IMG/VR virus record: IMGVR_UViG_3300007363_000011
Span: 1-38,424 of that record
Length of the DNA stretch: 38,424 nucleotides
Reading direction: 5' to 3' (one strand)
Source of the DNA: a virus
Lineage: Duplodnaviria; Caudoviricetes
The position numbers and the translations under genes are program-made. Positions 24,934 through 34,633 of the stretch are shown here, one piece after another; within the stretch, counting starts at the first letter, position 1; each line of letters opens with the position of its first letter. The notes under the pieces are model-generated. The model made no database searches, had not been told where the DNA came from, and worked only from the letters and a program-made list of their open reading frames with translations.

Positions 24934-27900
24934 TTAAGGAGTGCCAGCCATATTGGAATAAATAGCGTAAAGCAATTCTGTTTGGTCTTTAGTAAGTTTC
25001 CACTTTGTCTTATCAGTATCTGGCTTAGTTCTTTCTTCGTCAAACTTCTTTAACGCCTCTTGGGGGTGGCTTGCCATCCACTGCATTTCCATGAGGTTTT
25101 TAAGTTCGTTGTAAACTTCTACATACGGGTGCTGTTGAACCAATTTGTTGGCTTCAATAGAAGCAAACTCTTTTGGAATACCTCGGCCAATCAATTCCTT
25201 AGTAACGCCCTCTAAGGTGTTTTGATACCATTCGCCGTAGTTCTTTGAGTCACCCAGATCCTCAAAGTTTTCTTTCATAACGCCCCAAGCAAGGGGGTTG
25301 ATTCCCCTGAACTGGTCTTCGGGGGTTAACTGCTCATACCGTCCACGCTCAACCTGCTCACCAACGGTAAGCGGCGAAGCCTTAACACCAGTCAAGCCAA
25401 TAGCAGTCTTTGAAATGGGCTCTGTGCCAATTTCAGATACGCCGAATGGCAGCAATTGTCGCAGGAAATACTCAGGCGTACCGACCTCTTTGCCAGTAAA
25501 TGTCTTACCCGAAAGCAAATCCCAAGCAATACCAACTGCCGGGGAGGCTTTGGTGCGGGCAATGTATGAGAAGTCACCCTTACCGGCAGAAGAGATAGCC
25601 CGCATCAGGGAGTCCCATGGGCCGAACAGGGATACATCGTTACCGCCAACATCACGGATACGCATGAAGTTTGGGTCGTCTGGGTTGAATGAGGTTTCCT
25701 CGCCACGGGCAGTGTTAGCAGCGTAGGTTAGAAGGGTGCCTACGCCAATTAGATTTCGTAGCGACTTAAAAGCCTGATCCCTAACAATGGGCTCTCCGCC
25801 TAATAGGGCGCTTCCCAGCAGGTCTAACTGAGATTGGAAGAATCTAGGGGCGAACGTTGCAATTTCACCCAAGTCTCCAGCAAAACGTCGGTTTGAGTAA
25901 CCAGTCATCAGGTTGGAAAACTTAGTAATTTGCCTCAGTTCGTTTTCAGATAAGGCCCTTTCGCCAACATTCATGGCCCGGTAAAGTCCATCGTTTGAAA
26001 GCAGCCTGAGCGAATCGCCAAAAGAACTGAACGCACGTTCTGATTGAGCAACGCCGGGTAGTTTGCCTACCAATTTGCCAACCCTGCCAGATGCAGATGG
26101 GCTGAACTCAGTAACTCCACCTGAAATTTTGCTACCAAGAGAAGCCCAGTCGGCTGAGGTTAGCCTGCCCGCCTGCCTTGCAGAATCATCAAATGTACTA
26201 ACAAATTTACCAAAGGCGTCAGGGTCAGCGATAGACTGAAGTGCTACCTTCATAGCCTTGCCGTATTGAATGGGGTGTGTAGCGGCTCCTAGAAGCCCCT
26301 GAATGCCCATGAATGACAGGTCGGCAGATGCACGTAGCCCGCGCATGATGTTGTTAAATGCTTTTGTAATACCCAGTACCTGAGAACCGCGACCAGAAAG
26401 TTGCATCTCTTGGTTAAGGTATTTGTTGGCTACGTTAGATACTTCTGCCGGGAATGAGGAACCGGTTAAACCGTAAAGACCAATAGACCCGGCTCCGGGT
26501 TCTTGAGAAGCGCGCTCTAATGCTGTCTTCCAAGTACCACGAATCTCGTTGAGGTCGGTTTTAGTTTGAATAAGAGCCTTCTGTAAATCTTCGCGGCTCA
26601 TGCCAGCGTACGTGCCGCGCTTAACAGCGGCTGGCAACGCTGCTCTTAGTTCTTCAATGTCAGTAAAATCTGGGTCGCTGATAAAACGCTCAATTACCCT
26701 AACGGTGTCATCGTTAAGGCTCTTCTCTGCTACTAGCAATTTCTTCAGAGAGTTATCAATTGCGTCTTTCTTAGCAGCAAGTGCGGGGTTTGAGGCAAGC
26801 AGAGATTCCTTAGCGGTCATTCCAAGACCGCTTTCCTTAAATTGGTTAGTGGCCCATTGGTCGCCTACGCGATTGCCTAAATCACGAATGTAAGATTGAA
26901 GTGACTCTGAGAATGGGCTGTAGGTGTATCCCTGTTGGATACCAGTTGCCATTGTTCCAAATTCTTCAGGGCGCTCAAAGCCCTTCTTGGAACCGCGCAT
27001 TGCAGATGAGGCACGAACCAGTGGCTGATCTACGCCTTCTTCTAAAGCACGACCACGGGGAAGGTAGAAACCGCCATCAATGATGTCAGCGCGCATGTTG
27101 GGCGTAACGCCCATTTCGGTAAGCGCCTGATTGAATGGCGCTAGTTCTTCACGAAGGCGTGTCAGCCCAGACAGTTGCTTTTCATTAAGGTCGGGGGCGT
27201 ATAGTGGCAACTTAGCGGCAACATCTTGTAGGGTGGGCGCACCCCCGAACTGCTTGAGCCCGCCATTCTTGTCAGTGTCAAACAGGTTGTATACATAGTC
27301 AGCAAGATTACCAATGCGATTTGCTTGAGAATCTGTAACTTCTCTAATACGCCTGCGTTCTTGCATAATCGGCGTAGAGTATTCGTTGTCTAGTACCCCG
27401 AACCCAGTTGTTTCTTTTAGGTGATTTAGAAGTGTCTGTGTTCTGGAAAGTTCTGGCTCTACGTTTTTAATTCCAAATACAGATTCGGCTACTGTTTGCG
27501 GCTTAAATGCTTTTGCCGCTGATTCCGCACCAATACCCTTAGTAGCAAGGCGTGATGCTGCCAAACCGCCACCAAGTAAACCGCCAGCAACACCAGCGGC
27601 TAACTGTGCGTCTTCTGAAAGACCGGCCTTTTCTGCTAGATACTGACCGCCCTCTGCGCCGTATGTGCCAGCAAGGTTTAACCCTGCCGCGCTAAGAGCC
27701 CTTGCACCAAACGAGCCAATCTCTGGGCTGGCACCTAAAGCCTTACCGGCAATGCCTAGACCGCGTACTCCAGCAATGGGCGCAGCGCCCACACCGGCAG
27801 TAAGGAAGGTAAGTGGTGACGCCCCAACGTCAAATGCTGTACGCGCTAGACCGCCAGCATATGGAATGCTGCCGATGGTTTCACCAAGTTCAGTGCCATA

Positions 27901-28197
27901 CTGCCTTCCCTGCGGGGAGACAAGGTTTAATGCGTACTCAGCAGATGACAACCCGCGTAGAGTGCGACCGCCAAAATCCCTAACCCCTTGAGGGACAACG
28001 CTTCGAAATAAATCAGCAGCCTCGCCTAGAAAACCTTTTTGCTCTGGCTGTAATTGATAATTACTTATACTTGCAGATTGCTGAGTTGGTGGGTTGTAGA
28101 TGTCTCCCGGATACAACGGCTCAGCATAGAGTGGTTCGCTACTGCTTTGTTCTGGTTGGCTATTTGCTACTGAATACCAAGAGTTATCATTGACCAT
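24934..28197 (-). CDS. Large internal virion / ejection-type protein
   Basis: 1087 aa, helical, with Gly/Ala-rich hydrophobic stretches; podovirus context. Confidence 0.6.
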   Translation of the reverse strand: MVNDNSWYSVANSQPEQSSSEPLYAEPLYPGDIYNPPTQQSASISNYQLQPEQKGFLGEAADLFRSVVPQGVRDFGGRTLRGLSSAEYALNLVSPQGRQYGTELGETIGSIPYAGGLARTAFDVGASPLTFLTAGVGAAPIAGVRGLGIAGKALGASPEIGSFGARALSAAGLNLAGTYGAEGGQYLAEKAGLSEDAQLAAGVAGGLLGGGLAASRLATKGIGAESAAKAFKPQTVAESVFGIKNVEPELSRTQTLLNHLKETTGFGVLDNEYSTPIMQERRRIREVTDSQANRIGNLADYVYNLFDTDKNGGLKQFGGAPTLQDVAAKLPLYAPDLNEKQLSGLTRLREELAPFNQALTEMGVTPNMRADIIDGGFYLPRGRALEEGVDQPLVRASSAMRGSKKGFERPEEFGTMATGIQQGYTYSPFSESLQSYIRDLGNRVGDQWATNQFKESGLGMTAKESLLASNPALAAKKDAIDNSLKKLLVAEKSLNDDTVRVIERFISDPDFTDIEELRAALPAAVKRGTYAGMSREDLQKALIQTKTDLNEIRGTWKTALERASQEPGAGSIGLYGLTGSSFPAEVSNVANKYLNQEMQLSGRGSQVLGITKAFNNIMRGLRASADLSFMGIQGLLGAATHPIQYGKAMKVALQSIADPDAFGKFVSTFDDSARQAGRLTSADWASLGSKISGGVTEFSPSASGRVGKLVGKLPGVAQSERAFSSFGDSLRLLSNDGLYRAMNVGERALSENELRQITKFSNLMTGYSNRRFAGDLGEIATFAPRFFQSQLDLLGSALLGGEPIVRDQAFKSLRNLIGVGTLLTYAANTARGEETSFNPDDPNFMRIRDVGGNDVSLFGPWDSLMRAISSAGKGDFSYIARTKASPAVGIAWDLLSGKTFTGKEVGTPEYFLRQLLPFGVSEIGTEPISKTAIGLTGVKASPLTVGEQVERGRYEQLTPEDQFRGINPLAWGVMKENFEDLGDSKNYGEWYQNTLEGVTKELIGRGIPKEFASIEANKLVQQHPYVEVYNELKNLMEMQWMASHPQEALKKFDEERTKPDTDKTKWKLTKDQTELLYAIYSNMAGTP

Positions 28198-28429
28198 TGA
28201 AAATGCCAGTGTTGTTTTCTGGGGTAATCTTTGGCTTTGTTGAATTGGCGGCGTGCGTGGCTAGTCGCATTACAGCAAGAGAAAATTCAGTGGGCGCACC
28301 GCCATTGTTTACAGCGTAATTGTCTACTTGAAGAACATTACCCGGATTAGAGTATTGAAACTCTGGGTACTGCGTCTTCATGCGTTGCATACGCTGATGA
28401 GTCCACTGGGGCGGTTCTGACATAGCCAT
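28187..28429 (-). CDS. Hypothetical protein
   Basis: TAATG coupling. Confidence 0.6.
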   Translation of the reverse strand: MAMSEPPQWTHQRMQRMKTQYPEFQYSNPGNVLQVDNYAVNNGGAPTEFSLAVMRLATHAANSTKPKITPENNTGIFNGQ

Positions 28430-28731
28430 TATTTCTTGCCCTTGTTACGCGCCGAGATGGCCTTAGCCTTGCTCTTGGCGTCAGCCTTAGACGAAGCGCC
28501 CCACGCCTGAAGAGATAGGAGCAAGCGGGTTGGTCGCCCCTTTTCGTCACGCTCTGGCCCCGGTGAGTTACCCATTCGTGCTAGGAATGAAGCGCGTCGT
28601 GGGTTGTCGCCCGACTTGACTGGTGGCTTAAGGTTGTGACCTTCCGCACGAGCGGAGGCCCTTCCCTTCTCATTAAGGCCGCCAGCGGGGTTCTGGCCTT
28701 CCTTACGCTGCCAAGCCGGGGTCTTTGCCAT
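28429..28731 (-). CDS. DUF6321-like basic protein
   Basis: AWQRKEGQNPAGGLNEKGRAS...RRASFLARM...LSLQAWG. Confidence 0.8.
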   Translation of the reverse strand: MAKTPAWQRKEGQNPAGGLNEKGRASARAEGHNLKPPVKSGDNPRRASFLARMGNSPGPERDEKGRPTRLLLSLQAWGASSKADAKSKAKAISARNKGKK

Positions 28732-28887
28732 CTACTTCTTCTTGCCCATCATGCGCTTGGCCTGCATCTTGTCGAGTTTCATGTCGGCCTTAGAGCCTTC
28801 CTTGTAACCCATCTTCTTGTCGCGGGCCTTGTCCTCACGGGACTTCTCGACCATCTTCATAGCCTTACCCATCGTCATCTTCGCCAT
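28732..28887 (-). CDS. 51-aa Lys/Met-rich peptide
   Basis: Not in the track: MAKMTMGKAMKMVEKSREDKARDKKMGYKEGSKADMKLDKMQAKRMMGKKK; coupled at both ends. Confidence 0.75.
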   Translation of the reverse strand: MAKMTMGKAMKMVEKSREDKARDKKMGYKEGSKADMKLDKMQAKRMMGKKK

Positions 28888-29039
28888 TACTTTTCGCTCC
28901 AAATCTTAGCCTTGTTAGACTGAACAATAACTGCTGGATTCTGCATTTCGTCCATCAGGCGGGTCTTGTGTTCTGGGTCGTGCATGATTTCACGGTGCGT
29001 TTCCATCATGCGGTCTGGGCCGGTGTATGGCTTATGCAT
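28887..29039 (-). CDS. 50-aa peptide
   Basis: Not in the track: MHKPYTGPDRMMETHREIMHDPEHK...; TAATG at both ends. Confidence 0.7.
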   Translation of the reverse strand: MHKPYTGPDRMMETHREIMHDPEHKTRLMDEMQNPAVIVQSNKAKIWSEK

Positions 29040-29215
29040 TACTTTGCTCGCTTTCGTCCGGTTGCGGACATCTTCGCCATCTTCTTCTCGCCGTACTTCT
29101 CACGGCCAATAGACGCTGCTACTGCTGCCGGGTTCTTGGCCCCACCCTTGGCAATAGACTTTTCGAGGGCGGCAAATCGACCACCGCCACCCAACTTCAT
29201 GGACTTACCGGCCAT
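29039..29215 (-). CDS. 58-aa basic peptide
   Basis: Not in the track: [21 protein letters not shown]...AASIGREKYGEKKMAKMSATGRKRAK; TAATG at both ends. Confidence 0.75.
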   Translation of the reverse strand: MAGKSMKLGGGGRFAALEKSIAKGGAKNPAAVAASIGREKYGEKKMAKMSATGRKRAK

Positions 29216-29346
29216 TACCCCTTCCTACTCTTCCCTGCTTTTGACAGGGCAATTGCAATTGCTTGTTTCTTTGGCTTGCCAGCCTTTACCTCAGTCTTGA
29301 TATTTTCTGAGATAACCTTCTGGCTTGAACCCTTACGGAGTGGCAC
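29215..29346 (-). CDS. 43-aa basic peptide (DUF6496-like)
   Basis: AGGAGG then GTG 29346: [43 protein letters not shown]. Confidence 0.75.
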   Translation of the reverse strand: MPLRKGSSQKVISENIKTEVKAGKPKKQAIAIALSKAGKSRKG

Positions 29347-29419
29347 TACCGAGCCTCCTATTCTGCCGTGTACGTCAGGGAAATAGGGAAAACCTTGTAC
29401 CGTGCTAGGCCCGGTAGTG

Positions 29420-31741
29420 TCACGCCGACCTCCGCGTAACCTGCTGGCTTGCGCCTTCAGGTGCGAGAAGCGATGCTTGACGCAGGAATGTTTGCGCGGG
29501 GATACCGCGAGCCTGCGCGTTAAGAGAGCCAAGGATTTGCGCCACTACTGGGTCAGTTCCCGGAGTAGATGCGTATACCGCACTTGGCAAGTTTGCAGCC
29601 GTCCACGGAGTGCCGCTGAGGGCATTCTGTAGCGACTTGGTTAGGAAGTTGCGGGCTTCGGTTGTATCCTGCATTGGAAGTTCGCCAAATACAGAACCGT
29701 CAGTTGTGCCATTGGCGTAACGCGGGTAGTCCGTACCTTCAGCGTAACCTTCTAAACCAATAACATCCATTGGGTAATTATAACCCGGAATGTAACCGCC
29801 GCCAGATGATGCACCCATTTCAGCAATACGCTGCTCTGGAGTAAGCGGTCGCTGATAATTATCAAATCCGGTAAATCCCCGCTCTTGACCCCCCGGTGTG
29901 GAGCCATACAGGCGGCTTAAGAAACGGCTTGCCCCTCCTAGGGCATTCAATGCAAGATTCCCAGCGCCGAATGCGGGGGCAAGCATAAAGTTTCCAAGTC
30001 GTTCTTGACCTGCGCGAAGGCGCTGGTCAGCACTATATCCGGGAAGAACTTGACCGGGCTTTTGGTAAGCGTACTGACGGTTTGCTTCATCAATTGCTGC
30101 TTGTCCGTAGTAGTGCGGGCGGCCTTGCGTGGTAACTGCATTAAAGGGGGCGGGTACATAACCCATATCTTGTTCGCCCCAGTTATATACTGGGGGAGTG
30201 TAACTTAGTGGTGTTTCATAGTCAGAGGCATATGGGTTAACAGGATTTTGCATTTGCACTACTGGAATTACAGTAGTAGGCAGTTGCATGCCAGTTGGCG
30301 CTTTTGTTTCTGGCGCTGGCGTTGGAGTTGGCGAATATCCATGACTCTTAAGAAGGGACAGGGCCTCATCTCCGCGACCCGCAAGTGTCATTTGTTCTAA
30401 GTACTTACCTAAAGCGTAACCAGTAGGCTCATCTGTACCGTCAGCGTATCGTTGCGGCATGGTGCCCCCAAAGTATTTTGGCAATTCATTGTTAGGCACC
30501 ACTTTAATAGGGGCCTTAGTTGGGTTGATAATTAGTTCTTCAGTACCGGCTGGCTTGCCATCACGGCGATCACCAACGATAAACTTTTCTTCGTTGGTCA
30601 TGCCGCCTTCGGCCATGCCGCCACCGCCGCCACCTTCCCCGCCCCCGCCACTTCCGCCTTCTCCACCACCGCTACTTCCACTTGAAGAAGGAGCCGGTGT
30701 TCCTCCGCTTCCCCATGCACCTGCAATAGCCTGACCATTATAAGTAGCGCCACCAACTGGTACATTAGACTGGATCATACCGCCACCAAAATTTGTAGAT
30801 GTTGGTGTATTGGACGTGGCGGTTGGATTAGGATTAAAAGGCTTAGGCGGTGCAGTTGTTTGGAAGTTTGGCATAGTCATTCCGGCAAATTGCGGAATAT
30901 TTGGAGCCACAATTGGAGTGTAAGTAAACGGCGACCTCATTGCCCGGATTTCTTCACGAAGCCCGAGGTCTTGCGCCAGTGGTTGCAGCGACTCGTCAGT
31001 AATCTGATTGCCTTGGGCAAGGGCCGTGTTGGCCCTGCCCCAGCCGCTGTTAGCAAGCAAGGTAGAAGCAAGTTTAGCGCGGTCGCCGGGGTCGGCGGCA
31101 AGAACACCAATGTCTTTAGACAGTGCAGCAAGGCGTTCTTGCCTGCCAGCCTCAAATTGTGCGGTAGCCTGCTGAACTGCAAGTTGGTTGTTCTGGTTTT
31201 GAATAGCAACCTGAGCGTTTAGGTTTGCCTGAAGCGCCTGCCGCTGGAATTGCATGTCATTAATCTTGGCAGAATTTTCAAACATGCGCTGCTGAGTAGT
31301 GTTGTACTCAGCAGTTAAACCTTGGGCTTGCTCATATGCGCCCTTGTATTCTAGAAATAATTGAGCGCGTTTAGCAATTCCAATTTGCTCGTCTTGCTGA
31401 TAAATTTTTCTAGTTTCATTGGCATTAGCAATATCGTCTTGAGTTTTTTTGTATTCAAAACTCTTTAGCCATTGTTCTGCCTCTTGCGCCCGTTGTGCTG
31501 CTGCGTTGGCAGCAGATACATTTGCCCCGTACATAGAAGCATTGGCGCTGATACGGGCGGAAGCGGATGGGTCTGGCGCTTGAACGCCAGTAAACCGCAT
31601 TACCCCACCGGGAAGCGCCAATACGTATTCCCATTGGTTGCTTCTGCTGTTAAATCCAACCTGCCCAGTTAAATCACCAGTGGGTGGCCTTGTCTCATCT
31701 GGAACAAAAACAGGCTTACCGCCTACTAATTTCCATCCCAT
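29420..31741 (-). CDS. Internal virion / ejection-type protein
   Basis: 773 aa; Gln/Ala coiled coil, Gly-rich linker, recurring RYAxGT motifs. Confidence 0.6.
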   Translation of the reverse strand: MGWKLVGGKPVFVPDETRPPTGDLTGQVGFNSRSNQWEYVLALPGGVMRFTGVQAPDPSASARISANASMYGANVSAANAAAQRAQEAEQWLKSFEYKKTQDDIANANETRKIYQQDEQIGIAKRAQLFLEYKGAYEQAQGLTAEYNTTQQRMFENSAKINDMQFQRQALQANLNAQVAIQNQNNQLAVQQATAQFEAGRQERLAALSKDIGVLAADPGDRAKLASTLLANSGWGRANTALAQGNQITDESLQPLAQDLGLREEIRAMRSPFTYTPIVAPNIPQFAGMTMPNFQTTAPPKPFNPNPTATSNTPTSTNFGGGMIQSNVPVGGATYNGQAIAGAWGSGGTPAPSSSGSSGGGEGGSGGGGEGGGGGGMAEGGMTNEEKFIVGDRRDGKPAGTEELIINPTKAPIKVVPNNELPKYFGGTMPQRYADGTDEPTGYALGKYLEQMTLAGRGDEALSLLKSHGYSPTPTPAPETKAPTGMQLPTTVIPVVQMQNPVNPYASDYETPLSYTPPVYNWGEQDMGYVPAPFNAVTTQGRPHYYGQAAIDEANRQYAYQKPGQVLPGYSADQRLRAGQERLGNFMLAPAFGAGNLALNALGGASRFLSRLYGSTPGGQERGFTGFDNYQRPLTPEQRIAEMGASSGGGYIPGYNYPMDVIGLEGYAEGTDYPRYANGTTDGSVFGELPMQDTTEARNFLTKSLQNALSGTPWTAANLPSAVYASTPGTDPVVAQILGSLNAQARGIPAQTFLRQASLLAPEGASQQVTRRSA

Positions 31742-32070
31742 TATTGTTCTCGCTTCATTAGCGGGGATTCATCCACGTCGCGTACATATTGTTTAACAAG
31801 GTTATCATATACCCTTGGGGAAATTACTTTTAGCATGTCCATTACTCCGCGACGCGCCATGTCTTCTACACGGGCAATGCGCTGGCCTCGGTCTAGGGGC
31901 TTATCGCCCACTGTCTCGCCGTCTGGCCCAAGCATTGATGCAATGAGTTCCTTGGACAAATCAATGCACTGGTCAAATGCCTGCTGTCGTACTTCGTCCA
32001 TCAGTTCTACGTTGAGGTTAGGCAAGTGCCGCCCCTGCCATGAGGTACTGGTTAGCCTCTCGTCTGCCAA
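31741..32070 (-). CDS. Hypothetical protein
   Basis: TAATG-coupled to the downstream gene. Confidence 0.65.
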   Translation of the reverse strand: MADERLTSTSWQGRHLPNLNVELMDEVRQQAFDQCIDLSKELIASMLGPDGETVGDKPLDRGQRIARVEDMARRGVMDMLKVISPRVYDNLVKQYVRDVDESPLMKREQ

Positions 32071-34207
32071 GGGTTTGTGACAGGTCTGCCGCCATCCCCA
32101 TACCGGGCTGGACTACACCAGAACTGTAGGCAACGTTTGCCCCACCGCTAGGGCCACCGCCCTGACCAAACTGTGCCGCTTCTCCAGTTTCTGAAGGCCG
32201 CATAGCCTGAGACTGCTGCACCATCTGCTCAGCGGTAGCAATTGCGTAGTTAGGGGATTCATTTAGTAGGGCGTAATTGACAGCGCCACGTACAGAGTCG
32301 GCCACAACCTTGATGATGGGCTCAACGCCGCCCGGCTGCGGGTTGGGGTTAGCGCCCGGTGGGAGAATGCCAGACATGACGTAGGTAACAACCTGCTGTA
32401 CGTACATATCAATGACGGCTTGGCGCGAATCCTCAGTCTTGTCGTATTCCTCAAAGAACTTCTGGTAGTCAATAAGACCGCCCTTAAGAAGTTCGATACC
32501 CTGCTGTACGCGGATAGTGCGCTCGCCGGGAGTGTCAAGTTCCTGTGCCACAACAATGGAGTCGGTCAGGTTTTTGGGATCAAACTCAATAAGCGAGCGG
32601 AATTCACGGCGAGAACGACGTGAACCGGGAGCGGCAAAAAAGTAGATTGGCACATCGAGGTCGCGCATCCAGTCGTGCCACATCAGGATGATTTGCTTAA
32701 CAGCCTGAGCGTGGTTGTCTACCGGCTGGCGTAGGGTTTCCTGAGACTGCTGGATAAGTTCACGCACCTGCCACGCAGCGGCGGATGCGCCAGCAACGCC
32801 GGAAGTTACCGGTGAAGGCATCATCTTGTCTAGTTGCTGTAGGTATACTTCAAGCATCTTCTCAATTGACTTAGTATCAATTGTCAGTTGCTTCAGGGTT
32901 CCGGGGTACGCTGCCGCCTCATTGGGGTCTAGTCCCGGTACTTCACCCGCTTCAACCATCTTGGGCTCACCGTCTTCAGTGCGAAGGGTTGAGCCATTGG
33001 TTAGTTCTACTACCCACCGGGGGATTCCATTGAAAGCGGCAGCGTTAGAAGCAAGCGTAAGAAGTTGGTTAATCTGTGGGACAATACCAAAAATCTGGTT
33101 CAGGGGTGTAGAGAACTCCTGACCGTGCAGTGATACGTCCGTCTGGAAGAACGGAACTTCTACGACTGGACAGGTTGGTACACCCATGATTGTGCACCCG
33201 TGTTCACCACGCCAGATTTCTGTCGCGGTATCCACTGAACCCTGCCCAGAGATAAGGATCACCTCCTCTGTGCGGGTGAAGAAACGAATGAGCGTATATA
33301 CGTCAGACGATTCCCAGTCAGAGTTAAGGGGGGCTCCCTTCGGAATGCCGCCAACAATCTGGCCCGTTTTCTTGTCAACAAATAGGCCGTAGCGATCCAT
33401 GTCCTCAGCGTCGATGCCCTTGTATTGAGCAGCGGTCATCGCCAGTTCGGAACCCGGAGCGCAATACTCGTAAGGAATTTCCTCAATGATTGCGGCCCAC
33501 TTGATGCCATCATTGTCTTTTTCGCGCAGTACCATGTCGCGCGGGTATGGCTGGACAGTGAACAGTGAACGCCCAGACTCGAAATTCACCTCCATCGCAC
33601 GCTTGCGACGGGCTGACCAGACATCGCCATGCTCGGCGTAGACCATCTTTCCGCCCTCTTCGTGAGGAACGGAGGCAATTAAGCCTTGCTTCTTGAGTTC
33701 TTCAACTTCTTCTTGGCTCTTGTCCGCGTACATGATGCGGTCAGGAAGGCCGAAGTTGGCGTCACGTGGGAGGGTGAGGTAGTACCCAGCCCCACCTACA
33801 GACATGGCCCAGCCCATCTGCCACTGAGCGTCACGTCCACCTGACTCAACCCACAACTGGGAGTCTAGGCGCTCCTGTGCGCCAGCCATCTTGTCTACCG
33901 TGTCAGAAATGTTGTTCTTGGTAGTAATTGGGATGACAGAAACTTCGGGGCGGTTCGATGCAATGCGCGCAGCGTAGTGCTGTGCAGCCTTAGCCGGTGC
34001 GCCAATCATGGAGCGGATGGCTAGAGAGGTCTTCTGGAAGGGCGCAGGGAGCAGGGTGCCGGTCTGGTTGCCGTCTGCAAAGTCTGCGGTTGCTTGGTTA
34101 ATAAGCGAACGACGAACCTTGAGGTTCATCATTGTTTTTTCGTGCGCGTATCGGGTACGTTCTAGCAAACGTACAATACGGGAGGTAGAAAGCGAGTCAT
34201 CCGTCAC
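32018..34207 (-). CDS. Portal protein (podovirus-type)
   Basis: 729 aa following the terminase; long helical C-terminal extension; synteny. Confidence 0.75.
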   Translation of the reverse strand: MTDDSLSTSRIVRLLERTRYAHEKTMMNLKVRRSLINQATADFADGNQTGTLLPAPFQKTSLAIRSMIGAPAKAAQHYAARIASNRPEVSVIPITTKNNISDTVDKMAGAQERLDSQLWVESGGRDAQWQMGWAMSVGGAGYYLTLPRDANFGLPDRIMYADKSQEEVEELKKQGLIASVPHEEGGKMVYAEHGDVWSARRKRAMEVNFESGRSLFTVQPYPRDMVLREKDNDGIKWAAIIEEIPYEYCAPGSELAMTAAQYKGIDAEDMDRYGLFVDKKTGQIVGGIPKGAPLNSDWESSDVYTLIRFFTRTEEVILISGQGSVDTATEIWRGEHGCTIMGVPTCPVVEVPFFQTDVSLHGQEFSTPLNQIFGIVPQINQLLTLASNAAAFNGIPRWVVELTNGSTLRTEDGEPKMVEAGEVPGLDPNEAAAYPGTLKQLTIDTKSIEKMLEVYLQQLDKMMPSPVTSGVAGASAAAWQVRELIQQSQETLRQPVDNHAQAVKQIILMWHDWMRDLDVPIYFFAAPGSRRSRREFRSLIEFDPKNLTDSIVVAQELDTPGERTIRVQQGIELLKGGLIDYQKFFEEYDKTEDSRQAVIDMYVQQVVTYVMSGILPPGANPNPQPGGVEPIIKVVADSVRGAVNYALLNESPNYAIATAEQMVQQSQAMRPSETGEAAQFGQGGGPSGGANVAYSSGVVQPGMGMAADLSQTLGRREANQYLMAGAALA

Positions 34208-34455
34208 TCAGCACCGCCATGCTTGCGGGAGTGGGACTTCATACCAAAATCAGACTTGGCTTCAAACCCACAGGTTGAGCAGATAATAGCATCTTTAATG
34301 CTAATTTGTCTACTCTCTTCAACAATTGGTGGTGCAGTCTCTACTGATTTGGCCTTTACAAAGAATTCATCCGGCCATTTCTTTTTAGGCACACACATTC
34401 GATAATGTGCGTAATCAGTCTTAAAACGATAGCAGTTTTCACAACGGCTAGACAC
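34204..34455 (-). CDS. C2H2 Zn-finger protein
   Basis: CSTCGFEAKSDFGMKSHSRKH, plus an N-terminal CENC...HxxxC. Confidence 0.7.
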   Translation of the reverse strand: MSSRCENCYRFKTDYAHYRMCVPKKKWPDEFFVKAKSVETAPPIVEESRQISIKDAIICSTCGFEAKSDFGMKSHSRKHGGAE

Positions 34456-34633
34456 TGATATCTCCCCATCTCACGCCACTCTTGCGCCACTTACCAAAGG
34501 CAAATACTTCCATAATGCCCTCATGGCCATCGAGAGTGTGGTCGATGGCAAACTTTTCCTTGGGCGAAGTCTGTCCACAAGCGCAGTGGTAGCGGTAATC
34601 GCCATTCTTGTTGGGTACAGCGATGTCGTTCAT
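34448..34633 (-). CDS. Small Zn-finger-like protein
   Basis: CACG...H....H; ATGA overlap with terL. Confidence 0.65.
   Translation of the reverse strand: MNDIAVPNKNGDYRYHCACGQTSPKEKFAIDHTLDGHEGIMEVFAFGKWRKSGVRWGDISV

Noticed and set aside
26029-26040. An eighth GAAC-GCAC-GTTC site
   Set aside because: Isolated inside a long CDS; roughly one chance hit is expected in 38 kb
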